Assembly: GCA_964565875.1 (NCBI GenBank) | Contig: CAZMGP010000001.1 | Coordinates: forward strand, 123,747 to 187,746 | Source: an uncultured Enterobacteriaceae bacterium | Lineage (GTDB): Bacteria > Pseudomonadota > Gammaproteobacteria > Burkholderiales > SG8-39 | Reading direction: 5' to 3' | DNA length: 64,000 nucleotides | Shown here: positions 44,093 through 52,838 of the stretch, piece after piece | Layout: each line of letters starts with the position of its first letter | Numbering within the stretch: position 1 is the first letter of the stretch | Notes under the pieces: model-generated | Told to the model about the DNA's origin: nothing | What the model saw: the letters and a program-made list of their open reading frames with translations, nothing else | Databases searched by the model: none | Made by a program: the position numbers and the translations under genes

Positions 44093-44689
44093 ATGAGTTC
44101 CAGCCTTTCCATCCATCTGCAAGCCGGGGACAGCTTGCTTGCGGTCGATGTCCAAAAGGATTTTCTTCCCGGCGGCAGCCTCGCCGTCCCCGCGGGCGAT
44201 GCCGTGGTGCCGGTGATCAACCTCTATATTGCGGCATTCGCCGCGCGCGGCTTGGCCGTGTTCGCCACGCGCGATTGGCATCCGCCGAATCACTGCTCGT
44301 TCAAGGCGCAAGGCGGCATCTGGCCGCCCCATTGCGTCGCGGCGAGCCCCGGCGCGGCGTTCGCGCCCGGCCTCGCGCTGCCGGACACAGCGCATATCGT
44401 ATCCAAGGCGACGACTGCCGCGGCCGACGCCTACTCCGGCTTTCAGGGGACCGAGCTCGCTGCGCAGTTGCGCGCATGCGGGAGTCGGCGCCTGTTCGTG
44501 GGTGGGCTTGCGACCGATTACTGCGTGCTCAATACCGTGAAGGACGCGCTCGTCCAAGGATTCGCGGTGCTGCTATTGACCGATGCGATTCGCGCAGTCG
44601 AGGTGCAGCTCGGTGACGGCGCGCGTGCGCTGGCCGAAATGTGCGCCCTCGGGGCACGCGCCATAGCCTACGAGGATATCGTTCCGTGA
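44093..44689 (+). CDS. pncA: nicotinamidase/pyrazinamidase (isochorismatase family)
   Basis: The motifs are LLAVDVQKDF, ATRDWHPPNHCSF and GGLATDYCV. ATG 44093 was preferred to GTG 44054. Confidence 0.88.
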   Translation: MSSSLSIHLQAGDSLLAVDVQKDFLPGGSLAVPAGDAVVPVINLYIAAFAARGLAVFATRDWHPPNHCSFKAQGGIWPPHCVAASPGAAFAPGLALPDTAHIVSKATTAAADAYSGFQGTELAAQLRACGSRRLFVGGLATDYCVLNTVKDALVQGFAVLLLTDAIRAVEVQLGDGARALAEMCALGARAIAYEDIVP

Positions 44690-46026
44690 GCGCGTCGCGC
44701 AGCGCTCTGCTCACCGACCTCTACCAGCTCAGCATGCTGCAGGCCTATTTCGACGAGGGCATGCAGGAGACGGCGGTATTCGAGTTCTTCGTGCGCGCTC
44801 TGCCGCCGGCGCGCAACTTCCTCATCGCAGCCGGCTTGGAGCAGGTGCTCGGCTATCTCGAAAACTTGCAGGTGAGCGAAGCCGAACTGGATTGGCTGCG
44901 CAGGCAGGGCGGCTTTCGCGAGCCGTTTCTCGCCTCGCTTGAGACGCTGCGCTTCACCGGCGATGTGCACGCCATGCCCGAAGGCACGCTGTGCTTCATC
45001 AACGAGCCGCTGCTGCGCATCACCGCGCCCATCGCGCAGGCGCAGCTGGTGGAGAGCCGACTGCTCAGCCTCTTGCACCTGCAAACGCTGATTGCCTCGA
45101 AGGCGGCACGCAGCGTGCTCGCGGCGCCAGGAAAGCCACTGGTCGATTTCGGCATGCGCCGCGCGCACGGCGCGGAGGCCGGGCTGCTCGCGGCACGGGC
45201 CGCCTATCTTGCCGGGTTTTCCGGAACCGCGACCGTGCTCGCGGGTATCGAATTCGGCGTGCCGCTGTTCGGCACCATGGCGCACTCCTACATCGAGGCG
45301 CACGCCGACGAGGTGTCGGCGTTCAAAGCCTTCGCCCGATCCTATCCGTCGAACGTCGTGCTGCTGATCGACACCTACGACACCGAACGCGCGGCGCAGA
45401 AGGTGGCGCGCCTCGCACCGGAACTCGCACGCGAGGGCATCAAGCTGCGCGGGGTGCGCCTGGATAGCGGCGACCTCGCAGCGCATGCGCGCGCCGTGCG
45501 CGCGATTCTCGACGCGGCGGGCTTGCACGAGGTCACGATCTTTTCCAGCGGCAACCTCGATGAATGGAAGTTGCGCGATCTCCTCGCTGCGGGCGCACCC
45601 ATCGACGGCTTCGGCATCGGCACCAGCCTGGACACTTCCAGCGACGCGCCTTTCCTAGACTGCGCCTACAAGCTGCAGGAATACGCCGGGACGCCGCGGC
45701 GCAAGCATTCCGAAGGGAAGGCGACTTGGCCGGGGCGCAAGCAGGTGTACCGTCATTTCGCACCCGACGGGTCGTTCGCACACGATATCGTCAATCTGGA
45801 AGACGCGCTGCAGCGCGGGACGCCTTTGCTCGAGCCGGTAATGCAGGCGGGTAAACGCGTGGCTCCGGTCGAATCGCTCGCCATCGCGCGCGCGCGCGCG
45901 GCGGCGCAAATCGCGCGCCTGCCGCCGCGCCTGTGCGGCCTCGATCAGGCAGCGGAGCCCTACCATGTCGATATTGCGCCGCCGCTACGCGCGCTCGCCG
46001 AGCAGCTCGATCGCCTCGAGCACTAG
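44686..46026 (+). CDS. pncB: nicotinate phosphoribosyltransferase
   Basis: The GTG start overlaps the pncA stop (GTGA). The N-terminus is SALLTDLYQLSMLQAYF. The GTMAHS motif is present. Confidence 0.9.
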   Translation: MSASRSALLTDLYQLSMLQAYFDEGMQETAVFEFFVRALPPARNFLIAAGLEQVLGYLENLQVSEAELDWLRRQGGFREPFLASLETLRFTGDVHAMPEGTLCFINEPLLRITAPIAQAQLVESRLLSLLHLQTLIASKAARSVLAAPGKPLVDFGMRRAHGAEAGLLAARAAYLAGFSGTATVLAGIEFGVPLFGTMAHSYIEAHADEVSAFKAFARSYPSNVVLLIDTYDTERAAQKVARLAPELAREGIKLRGVRLDSGDLAAHARAVRAILDAAGLHEVTIFSSGNLDEWKLRDLLAAGAPIDGFGIGTSLDTSSDAPFLDCAYKLQEYAGTPRRKHSEGKATWPGRKQVYRHFAPDGSFAHDIVNLEDALQRGTPLLEPVMQAGKRVAPVESLAIARARAAAQIARLPPRLCGLDQAAEPYHVDIAPPLRALAEQLDRLEH

Positions 46027-46035
46027 CGCCGCCAC

Positions 46036-47349
46036 CTACAGTTTCTTCATCAGCACCTTGGAACGGCGCTGCCAGTTGTAGAGCGACTTCTTCGGTTCGG
46101 GCAGGGCGCCGATCGGCCTTTCGCTGAAACCGCGCTCGATGAACCAGTGCGCCGTGCGTGTAGTGAGGACGAACAGCTTCTTGAAACCGAGCTGGCGCGC
46201 CTCGACTTCGCCGTGCTCGAGCAGCTTTTCGCCGTAGCCGTGGCCCTGGTATTCGGGCCGCACCGCGACCGCGGCCAGTTCGGCCGACTTGCCGGCGAGG
46301 GGATAGAGGGCGGCGCAGCCGACGATCACCGCGTCGTGCTCGATGACGAAGAAGCTCTTCACTTCGCGCTCGAGCAATTCGCGGCCGCGATAGACCAGAA
46401 CACCCGCGGTCTCGAGCGGCTCGATCAACTGCAGGATGCCGCCGATGTCGTCGATCGTGGCAGGGCGGAGCCGCTCCACCTTGTCCGAAGTGATCATGCT
46501 ACCCGAGCCGCCGTGGGTGAAGAGCTCCAACAGAAGCGCACCATCCACCTTATGCGACACGACGTGGGCGCGGGCGACGCCTGCGCGCACCGCTTCCACC
46601 GCATGGCTGAGATACAGGCGCGTGTCGGCGGTGAGGTGCTTGCCGCGCGCAAGCAGCGCCTCGGCCTCTTGCGCAGAGAGCTCCGGAACCAGGTGCCCGT
46701 GATCGTCTTCGACCGGCGCGTCGCTCAAGAACACCAGCTTTGCCGCGTGCAGGGCGTTCGCCACGGCTACGGCGACGTCCTCCATCGACAGGTTGAACAC
46801 TTCTCCGGTCGGTGAATAGCCGACGCTGGAGACGATGACCAGGTTGTGCGCAGCGAGGCAAGACTCGATCGCGGCCGCGTCGACCTTGCGCACCGTGCCG
46901 GTGTATTGCAGGTCGACGCCGTCCAGTACGCCCATCGGCTGGGCGGTGATGAAATTGCCGGATACGGCATTGATCGCGGCACCTGCCATGGGGGTGTTCG
47001 GCAGTCCCTGCGACAGCAGCGCATCGAGTTCCACGCGCAGGAGCCCGGCGGCTTCTTTCACGCATTCCAGCGCCAGCGCGTCGGTCACACGCACGCCGGC
47101 GTGATAGCGCGAGCGCGCGCGGCGCAACTTCAGCTGCTTCTCGACCTGCGGGCGCGAGCCGTGCACCAGCACCAGGCGAATGCCGGTGCTGCGCAGCAGG
47201 TTGATGTCCTGCGTCAGCACGCCGAACTTGCCGTCCGCTACGACCTCGCCGCCGAAGGCGATGACGAAGGTCTTGCCGCGAAAAGCGTTGAAATACGGTG
47301 CCGCCGAGCGGAACCAGGCAACGAACTGGCTATGCGCGCTGCTGGCCAT
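46036..47349 (-). CDS. argA: amino-acid N-acetyltransferase (N-acetylglutamate synthase)
   Basis: FVAWFRSAAPYFNAFRGKTFVIAFGGE marks an AAK domain. A C-terminal GNAT domain follows (QGHGYGEKLL). The start lies among 47367 (TTG), 47355 and 47349. Confidence 0.9.
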   Translation of the reverse strand: MASSAHSQFVAWFRSAAPYFNAFRGKTFVIAFGGEVVADGKFGVLTQDINLLRSTGIRLVLVHGSRPQVEKQLKLRRARSRYHAGVRVTDALALECVKEAAGLLRVELDALLSQGLPNTPMAGAAINAVSGNFITAQPMGVLDGVDLQYTGTVRKVDAAAIESCLAAHNLVIVSSVGYSPTGEVFNLSMEDVAVAVANALHAAKLVFLSDAPVEDDHGHLVPELSAQEAEALLARGKHLTADTRLYLSHAVEAVRAGVARAHVVSHKVDGALLLELFTHGGSGSMITSDKVERLRPATIDDIGGILQLIEPLETAGVLVYRGRELLEREVKSFFVIEHDAVIVGCAALYPLAGKSAELAAVAVRPEYQGHGYGEKLLEHGEVEARQLGFKKLFVLTTRTAHWFIERGFSERPIGALPEPKKSLYNWQRRSKVLMKKL

Positions 47350-47397
47350 GCGCATCCTGCCAAGCAATGGTCTTAGTGGGCGAGGAAAGGCGCGGAC

Positions 47398-48357
47398 TCA
47401 TTGCGGTTCGATCTTCGCCGTCTTCACGTACTGTCCCCAACGCCCGATCTCCTTCACCAGGAAGGCGCGATATTCTTCCGGGCTGAGCGAGCGCAGTCGC
47501 AATCCCATGCCTTCGAGCTGCTCCTTGAACGCCGCATTCGCCTGCGCATCGCGTAGCGCCTGGTTGAGCTTAGTGACGACCGGCTTGGGCGTGCCCGCGG
47601 GAGCGGAAAGCGACAGGAAGGCCTGGACCTCATAGCCGGGGTAGAACTCGGCGACCGCGGGCACATCGGGCCAGCGCGCAAGGCGCGAAGATTCGCTGAC
47701 CGCGATCGGAACGACCTTGCCGCCGGAGATGTGGGCGAAGGCGGCGACGTAGTCCATGAACATGAGCTGGATCTGGCCGCTGATCAAGTCCGGCACGGCA
47801 TTGGTGATCGACTTGTAGGGCACGCTCTCGATCGGGATGTTGGCGCTTGCCTGCAGCATCGCGCCCGGCACCTGCGAGGAAGTATTGAAGTAGCCGTAGA
47901 ACACCTTGCCGGGATGCGCTTTCGCGTAGCTCGCGAGTTCGGGAATCGATTTGAACGGGCTGTTTGCCGGCACCAGGGCGACCGAGCCGAAGACCCCGAA
48001 CAGGCCGATGGCCTCGAAGTCCTTCACCGGATCGTAGGCGAGTTTCTTGAACAGATGCGGCGCCGCGGCGTGGGTGGAATTGCCCGACGCGACCAGGGTG
48101 TAGCCATCCGCGGGCGAATTCTTCACCGCCTCGGTGCCGATGATGCCGTTCGCCCCGGCGCGGTTCTCAACCACGACCGGCTGTTTCCAGCGCTCCTCCA
48201 GAAATTTTGCGAACAGGCGTGCCGTGATGTCGGTCGATCCGCCCGGACCGAAGGGCACGACGATCTTGATCGGCTTGCTCGGGTAGTCCTGGGCGGACAC
48301 CTGGCCTGCACAAAGCGCCAGCACGGCAGCGCACAGAAGGCAAATAGATCTAGGCAT
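47398..48357 (-). CDS. Bug-family (TctC-like) tripartite tricarboxylate transporter substrate-binding protein
   Basis: There is a signal peptide, then QDYPSKPIKIVVPFGPGGSTD, which is the Bug signature. The long upstream part of the track ORF is non-coding by composition. Confidence 0.9.
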   Translation of the reverse strand: MPRSICLLCAAVLALCAGQVSAQDYPSKPIKIVVPFGPGGSTDITARLFAKFLEERWKQPVVVENRAGANGIIGTEAVKNSPADGYTLVASGNSTHAAAPHLFKKLAYDPVKDFEAIGLFGVFGSVALVPANSPFKSIPELASYAKAHPGKVFYGYFNTSSQVPGAMLQASANIPIESVPYKSITNAVPDLISGQIQLMFMDYVAAFAHISGGKVVPIAVSESSRLARWPDVPAVAEFYPGYEVQAFLSLSAPAGTPKPVVTKLNQALRDAQANAAFKEQLEGMGLRLRSLSPEEYRAFLVKEIGRWGQYVKTAKIEPQ

Positions 48358-48630
48358 GTCGTTCCTTGTTATTGTCCCGCGGCGTTCGAGGCCGCGATAC
48401 GGCTCGCCGCGTCTAGCCGGAGATTGTACCCGGCCGTGCTGCGCCTGGCACCATGGTGCGGGGAGGGCGGTGGCGGCGGCGCGCGCGCATAGTGTCCATA
48501 CGCGCCGGCGAACGCGCAATTGAACTGTGCTTCGGAACCGCGGTCGAAAGCAGGCCGCGCCGCCGGATGTGGCTCGCGCGCAAGTAGATACGAGGCTTGC
48601 GCGCTTGCAGAAAAAGCGGTTAAGCTCCGC

Positions 48631-48644
48631 TTGATCTGGATCAA
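48631..48644. promoter_or_regulatory. consensus FNR box at the left edge of the copper island
   Basis: TTGATCTGGATCAA is an exact match to TTGAT-N4-ATCAA. Confidence 0.6.
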
Positions 48645-48680
48645 AAGAAAACCGGACGCGACAGCTAAACTTCTGGATGT

Positions 48681-49121
48681 ATGACGAGAACCGTTCATTC
48701 CGCGATGCGGCCATTCGGCCTGATTTCCCCCCGCTCGGCAAGGCGCTGGGGGCGGTGGTTCGCGTTTGCCTGGCTTGCTATGTGGCTTGCCACCGCGCTT
48801 TTGCCTTGCTGCGAAGTGGCGACAGCCGCGGCGGTGCAAGAGCGCATTGCGCACCTCGGTTGCGGGCAGGACGAGGGCGGCGCGGCCAATCCCAATGGCG
48901 GCGATCAGCAAGGACACTGTTACGAAATCGCTTCACCCGCCCCTGCTTCGAGCTTTGCAAGTTACCTAGTTGGCGGCAGCAATCCCCTGCCGCATGTTGC
49001 CGTAGTCGCACTGCCATCTTCGCTGTTGTCTCCCTACGCGGGTACCTCGCCTCCGATCGTCTATCGCGCTGCGCCGCCGCCCGAAGCGGTGTTTTCGCGC
49101 AGCCTACGTCTCCTGATTTGA
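48681..49121 (+). CDS. candidate small membrane-anchored protein (CzcI/DUF2946-like, tentative)
   Basis: It has an N-terminal TM (WFAFAWLAMWLATALL), scattered Cys/His residues (CC, HLGC, HCY) and a Pro-rich tail (YRAAPPP). It sits upstream of an RND metal efflux operon, as CzcI does. The SD is weak. Confidence 0.4.
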   Translation: MTRTVHSAMRPFGLISPRSARRWGRWFAFAWLAMWLATALLPCCEVATAAAVQERIAHLGCGQDEGGAANPNGGDQQGHCYEIASPAPASSFASYLVGGSNPLPHVAVVALPSSLLSPYAGTSPPIVYRAAPPPEAVFSRSLRLLI

Positions 49122-49317
49122 TTTCTGCGCGGTTTCGGCACGCGCGTCCGCTGAGCGATGCGCGTTGCCTGCGTCGCTCGCGCTACGGGCGATGCGTGTT
49201 TTTGCGCGTCCCGCGCCGGCGCGGTCGCCCCGAGCGGCCAGTGCGATACCGGGCAGCGACGCGCCCAGGCCGGCTGCGCCGGCACAAACGAAACTTCTTT
49301 TATGAAAGGAATTTGCC

Positions 49318-49653
49318 ATGAATCGTATTTCAGCTTTGGTCCTCATGTCGGCGCTCGGCGCCGTCTACGCCCTGCCCGCCGACGCAGACGCGGGACATCA
49401 GCATTCCGCGGGCGCGGCCGCTCCCGCGGCGGCGAAGGCGAATGCCGAAGTGCGCAAAGTCGATATGGACGCGGGCACCGTCACCATCAAGCACGGTCCC
49501 ATTGTCAACATGGACATGCCGGCGATGACTATGGCCTATCGCGTCAAGGACAAGGCCATGCTCGACGGCTTGAAGCCGGGAGACAAGATTCAGTTCGAGG
49601 CCGGCAACGTCGGCGGCGCATTCACGCTGACGAGCATCGTCAAGGTGAAATGA
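49318..49653 (+). CDS. cusF: periplasmic copper/silver-binding protein CusF
   Basis: There is a signal peptide. The sequence GTVTIKHGPIVNMDMPAMTMAYRV carries the Met-rich site of the CusF OB-fold. Confidence 0.88.
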   Translation: MNRISALVLMSALGAVYALPADADAGHQHSAGAAAPAAAKANAEVRKVDMDAGTVTIKHGPIVNMDMPAMTMAYRVKDKAMLDGLKPGDKIQFEAGNVGGAFTLTSIVKVK

Positions 49654-49693
49654 GCAGCGCGGTTGCGGCCCAGACAACAAGGAGACAGTCATC

Positions 49694-51082
49694 ATGCTGA
49701 ACTCGATCGAGCGTTCGCGGCCCGGAGAAGGTCTGCTGATCTTGCTCGCCGCCGCGGGCATCACGCTCTGCAGTTTGCCTGCCTGGGCGGGCGATGCCGC
49801 CGAGGGCGCGGCAGCGCGATCCGGGGCTGTATCCTTGCGGCCGCAGCTGCTGCTCGCGGCGGCGCCGCAGTTCGCGCCGGCGGAAACGCCTGCCGTGGTC
49901 TCGCTCAAGACGCTCGTCGACGAGGCGCTGCGTAACAACCCGGAGCTGCGCGCAGCCGGCAAGGAAGCCGAAGCGGCCGGCGCGCGCGTACGGCCGGCGG
50001 GCGCGCTGGAGGACCCGATGGTCGAAGCGGGGCTGCTCAACGTGCCGATCCAGCCCTGGCGCCTGAACCGCGAAGACATGACCATGAAGATGCTCGGCCT
50101 GTCGCAGAAGCTGCCTTATCCGGGCAAGCGCAGTCTGCGCGAACAGGTCGCGGCAAAAGACGCGGAGAGCGCCAAGTACGGCCTGCAGGAAACGGGCAAT
50201 CGGGTGGTGCGCGAAGTGAAGCTCGCGTACTACGAATTGGCGCTCGCCGAAGAAACGATTCGTTTGCTGAACAACAATCGCTTGATCCTGGAGCAGTTCC
50301 TGCGCATCGCCGAAAGCCGCTACGGCGTGGGCCAGGCGCCGCAGGCCGACGTGCTCAAGGCGCAGGCGCAGTTGAGCCGCGTGAACGAGGAACTCCTGCG
50401 CATGGAACGCGAGCGTCCGGTGGTGCAGGCCGAACTCGCGCGCCTGCTCGGCCGGCGCGCGGAACCTGCGCCAATCGACGTGGCGCTGCCGGATGTCGGC
50501 GATCAGGCGCTCGATGCGAATACGCTCGCCGAAGCGGCGCTGCGCGAGCGGCCGCAACTGCTCGGCCTGAAAAGCGTGATCGAGCGCAGCACCAAGACGC
50601 TGGAACTCGCGCGCAAGGAAGCGCAGCCCGACTTCGACCTGCGCTTCTCCTACGGCCAGCGCGAAAAGAATCCGCTCGGCGTGCCGCGCGAGGACGTCGT
50701 GAGCCTGACCGTGGCGATGAACCTGCCCGTCTGGCGCAAGGACAAGATCGAGCCGCGCATCGCCGAGGCGGAGGCGATGCGCGAGCAGGCGGAGGAAATG
50801 CAACGCGCGCAGCAGAACGAAGTGACGGCGAAGATGCGCCAGCAGGCGGCGGTGGCCGAACAGAGCCGCAAATCCGTGCGCCTGTACGACAGCAGCATCC
50901 TGCCGCAGGCGCGGCTTGCGGTGGAGGCGGCATTGTCCGCTTACAAGGTGAGCCGGGTGGATGTGCTGACGTTATTGGACAGCCAGATGACGCTCTACAA
51001 CGACCAGATCAGCCGCGCCAAGGAAGCGGTCAACTTCAACAAGGCGCTGGCCGAGATCGACCTGCTCGCCGGCAAGCGCTAA
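49694..51082 (+). CDS. cusC: outer-membrane efflux channel (TolC family)
   Basis: The 462-aa protein has two OEP repeats and precedes the adaptor and RND pump genes. Confidence 0.9.
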   Translation: MLNSIERSRPGEGLLILLAAAGITLCSLPAWAGDAAEGAAARSGAVSLRPQLLLAAAPQFAPAETPAVVSLKTLVDEALRNNPELRAAGKEAEAAGARVRPAGALEDPMVEAGLLNVPIQPWRLNREDMTMKMLGLSQKLPYPGKRSLREQVAAKDAESAKYGLQETGNRVVREVKLAYYELALAEETIRLLNNNRLILEQFLRIAESRYGVGQAPQADVLKAQAQLSRVNEELLRMERERPVVQAELARLLGRRAEPAPIDVALPDVGDQALDANTLAEAALRERPQLLGLKSVIERSTKTLELARKEAQPDFDLRFSYGQREKNPLGVPREDVVSLTVAMNLPVWRKDKIEPRIAEAEAMREQAEEMQRAQQNEVTAKMRQQAAVAEQSRKSVRLYDSSILPQARLAVEAALSAYKVSRVDVLTLLDSQMTLYNDQISRAKEAVNFNKALAEIDLLAGKR

Positions 51083-51115
51083 TTCTTCCACATCGAACTC
51101 GCGGGAAAGACAACC

Positions 51116-52837
51116 ATGAAACCCAGCACCGTATTCGCATCGAGCATCGTTCTGGTGGCGGCTTCGCTCGCCGCCGGCTACTGGTGGGGGGCGCAGCGTG
51201 CAGCGTCCTCGTCAGCGGCGCCGGCAGATTCCAAGGCGGGCGCGAAATCCGAGCGCAAGATTCTCTTCTACCGCAATCCAATGGCACCGACCGATACTTC
51301 GCCAGTGCCGAAGAAGGCCCCGGACGGGATGGACTTCGTCCCGGTGTATGCCGATGATGCGGGGGACGTGGGGGCGGACAAGTCAGAGAAGAAGATTCTC
51401 TACTACCGCAATCCCATGGGCCTGCCCGATACCTCGCCGGTGCCGAAGAAGGACCCGATGGGTATGGACTACATCCCGGTGTACGCCGACGAGAACGAAG
51501 CGGCCACCCCCGGAGCGCCCACGGTCAAGATCAGCCTTGACAAGGTTCAAAAGCTCGGCGTGAAGACCGAAGCGGCCGCGACGCGCGATATCGCGCGCAC
51601 CGTGCGTGCGGTGGCGACGGTGCAGCCGAATGAGCGCCTGCTGCACACCGTCAGCACGAAGTTCGACGGCTGGATCCAAAAGCTCAACGTCAATACCACC
51701 GGACAGGCGGTGCGCCGCGGTGAGCCGCTGATGGACGTCTATAGCCCCGATCTGATCACGGCGCAGCAGGAGTACGTCATCGCCAAGCGCGGCGTCGCCA
51801 TGGTCGCCGGAGCGAGCCCGGAAGTTCGAAGCGAAATGCAGCGCCTGGTGGAGAGCGCGCTGCAGCGCATGCGCAACTGGGACATTTCCGACACCGAATT
51901 GCAGCACTTGGAAAAGGACGGCAAGGGTCGCCAATACCTGACGCTGCGCTCGCCTGTGAACGGCGTGGTGCTCGACAAGCCGGCCATCCAAGGCAAGCGC
52001 TTCATGGCGGGCGAGCCGCTCTACCAGATCGCGGATTTATCCAGCGTCTGGTTGCTCGCGGAGCTGTTCGAACAAGACCTGGCGCAGGTTCGCGTCGGCC
52101 AGTCTGCGCAAATCCGCGTCGACGCCTACCCGGACAAGGTGTTCACGGGCAAGGTCACCTTCGTCTACCCCACGCTCACCACTGAGACGCGCACCGCCAA
52201 GGTGAGGATCGAGCTTGCCAATCCTCAAGGCCTGCTCAAGCCCTCAATGTATGCCCATGCCGAGTTCGCTTCATCGCGCGGCAAGGGTCAGGTGCTCGCA
52301 GTTCCGGAATCGGCGGTGCTCGACACCGGCACGCGGCAGCTCGTGCTGATCGATCGCGGGCAAGGGCGCTTCGAGCCGCGCACGCTGAAGCTCGGCATGC
52401 ACGGCGACGGCTATGTCGAGGTGCTGGAGGGGCTCAAGGCCGGCGAGCAGGTGGTGGTCAGCGCGAATTTCCTCATCGATGCAGAGAGCAATCTCAAAGC
52501 GGCCCTCTCCGGATTCGGCAAGGACGCGCAAGCGAGCGCAGCTCAAAGCGAGGCGGCGCAGAAGCCGGGAGCGGGGCCAACGCATCACGGCGAGGGCAAG
52601 GTGGAGGCGGTGGACGCCGCTCGCTCGAGCGTGACGCTCGCGCACGGCGCGATTGCGAGCCTCAAGTGGCCGGCGATGACCATGGATTTCAAGGTCAAGG
52701 ACGCGGCGCTGCTGCGCGGACTTAAGCCGGGCCAAAGCGTCGGTTTCGACTTGAAGGAGGTGGGCGAAGGCGAGTGGGTCGTCGTCGGCATCGAGCCGGC
52801 GGCGGGCGCGGCCGCCAGCGCGCACCAGGGGCACTGA
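51116..52837 (+). CDS. cusB: RND periplasmic adaptor with duplicated N-terminal metal-binding motif and C-terminal CusF-like domain
   Basis: The HlyD-type core is present. Two tandem copies of KILFYRNPM..DTSPVPKK.P.GMD.VPVYAD occur near the N-terminus. The C-terminus is VTLAHGAIASLKWPAMTMDFKV, which is CusF-like. Confidence 0.9.
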   Translation: MKPSTVFASSIVLVAASLAAGYWWGAQRAASSSAAPADSKAGAKSERKILFYRNPMAPTDTSPVPKKAPDGMDFVPVYADDAGDVGADKSEKKILYYRNPMGLPDTSPVPKKDPMGMDYIPVYADENEAATPGAPTVKISLDKVQKLGVKTEAAATRDIARTVRAVATVQPNERLLHTVSTKFDGWIQKLNVNTTGQAVRRGEPLMDVYSPDLITAQQEYVIAKRGVAMVAGASPEVRSEMQRLVESALQRMRNWDISDTELQHLEKDGKGRQYLTLRSPVNGVVLDKPAIQGKRFMAGEPLYQIADLSSVWLLAELFEQDLAQVRVGQSAQIRVDAYPDKVFTGKVTFVYPTLTTETRTAKVRIELANPQGLLKPSMYAHAEFASSRGKGQVLAVPESAVLDTGTRQLVLIDRGQGRFEPRTLKLGMHGDGYVEVLEGLKAGEQVVVSANFLIDAESNLKAALSGFGKDAQASAAQSEAAQKPGAGPTHHGEGKVEAVDAARSSVTLAHGAIASLKWPAMTMDFKVKDAALLRGLKPGQSVGFDLKEVGEGEWVVVGIEPAAGAAASAHQGH

Positions 52838-52838
52838 C

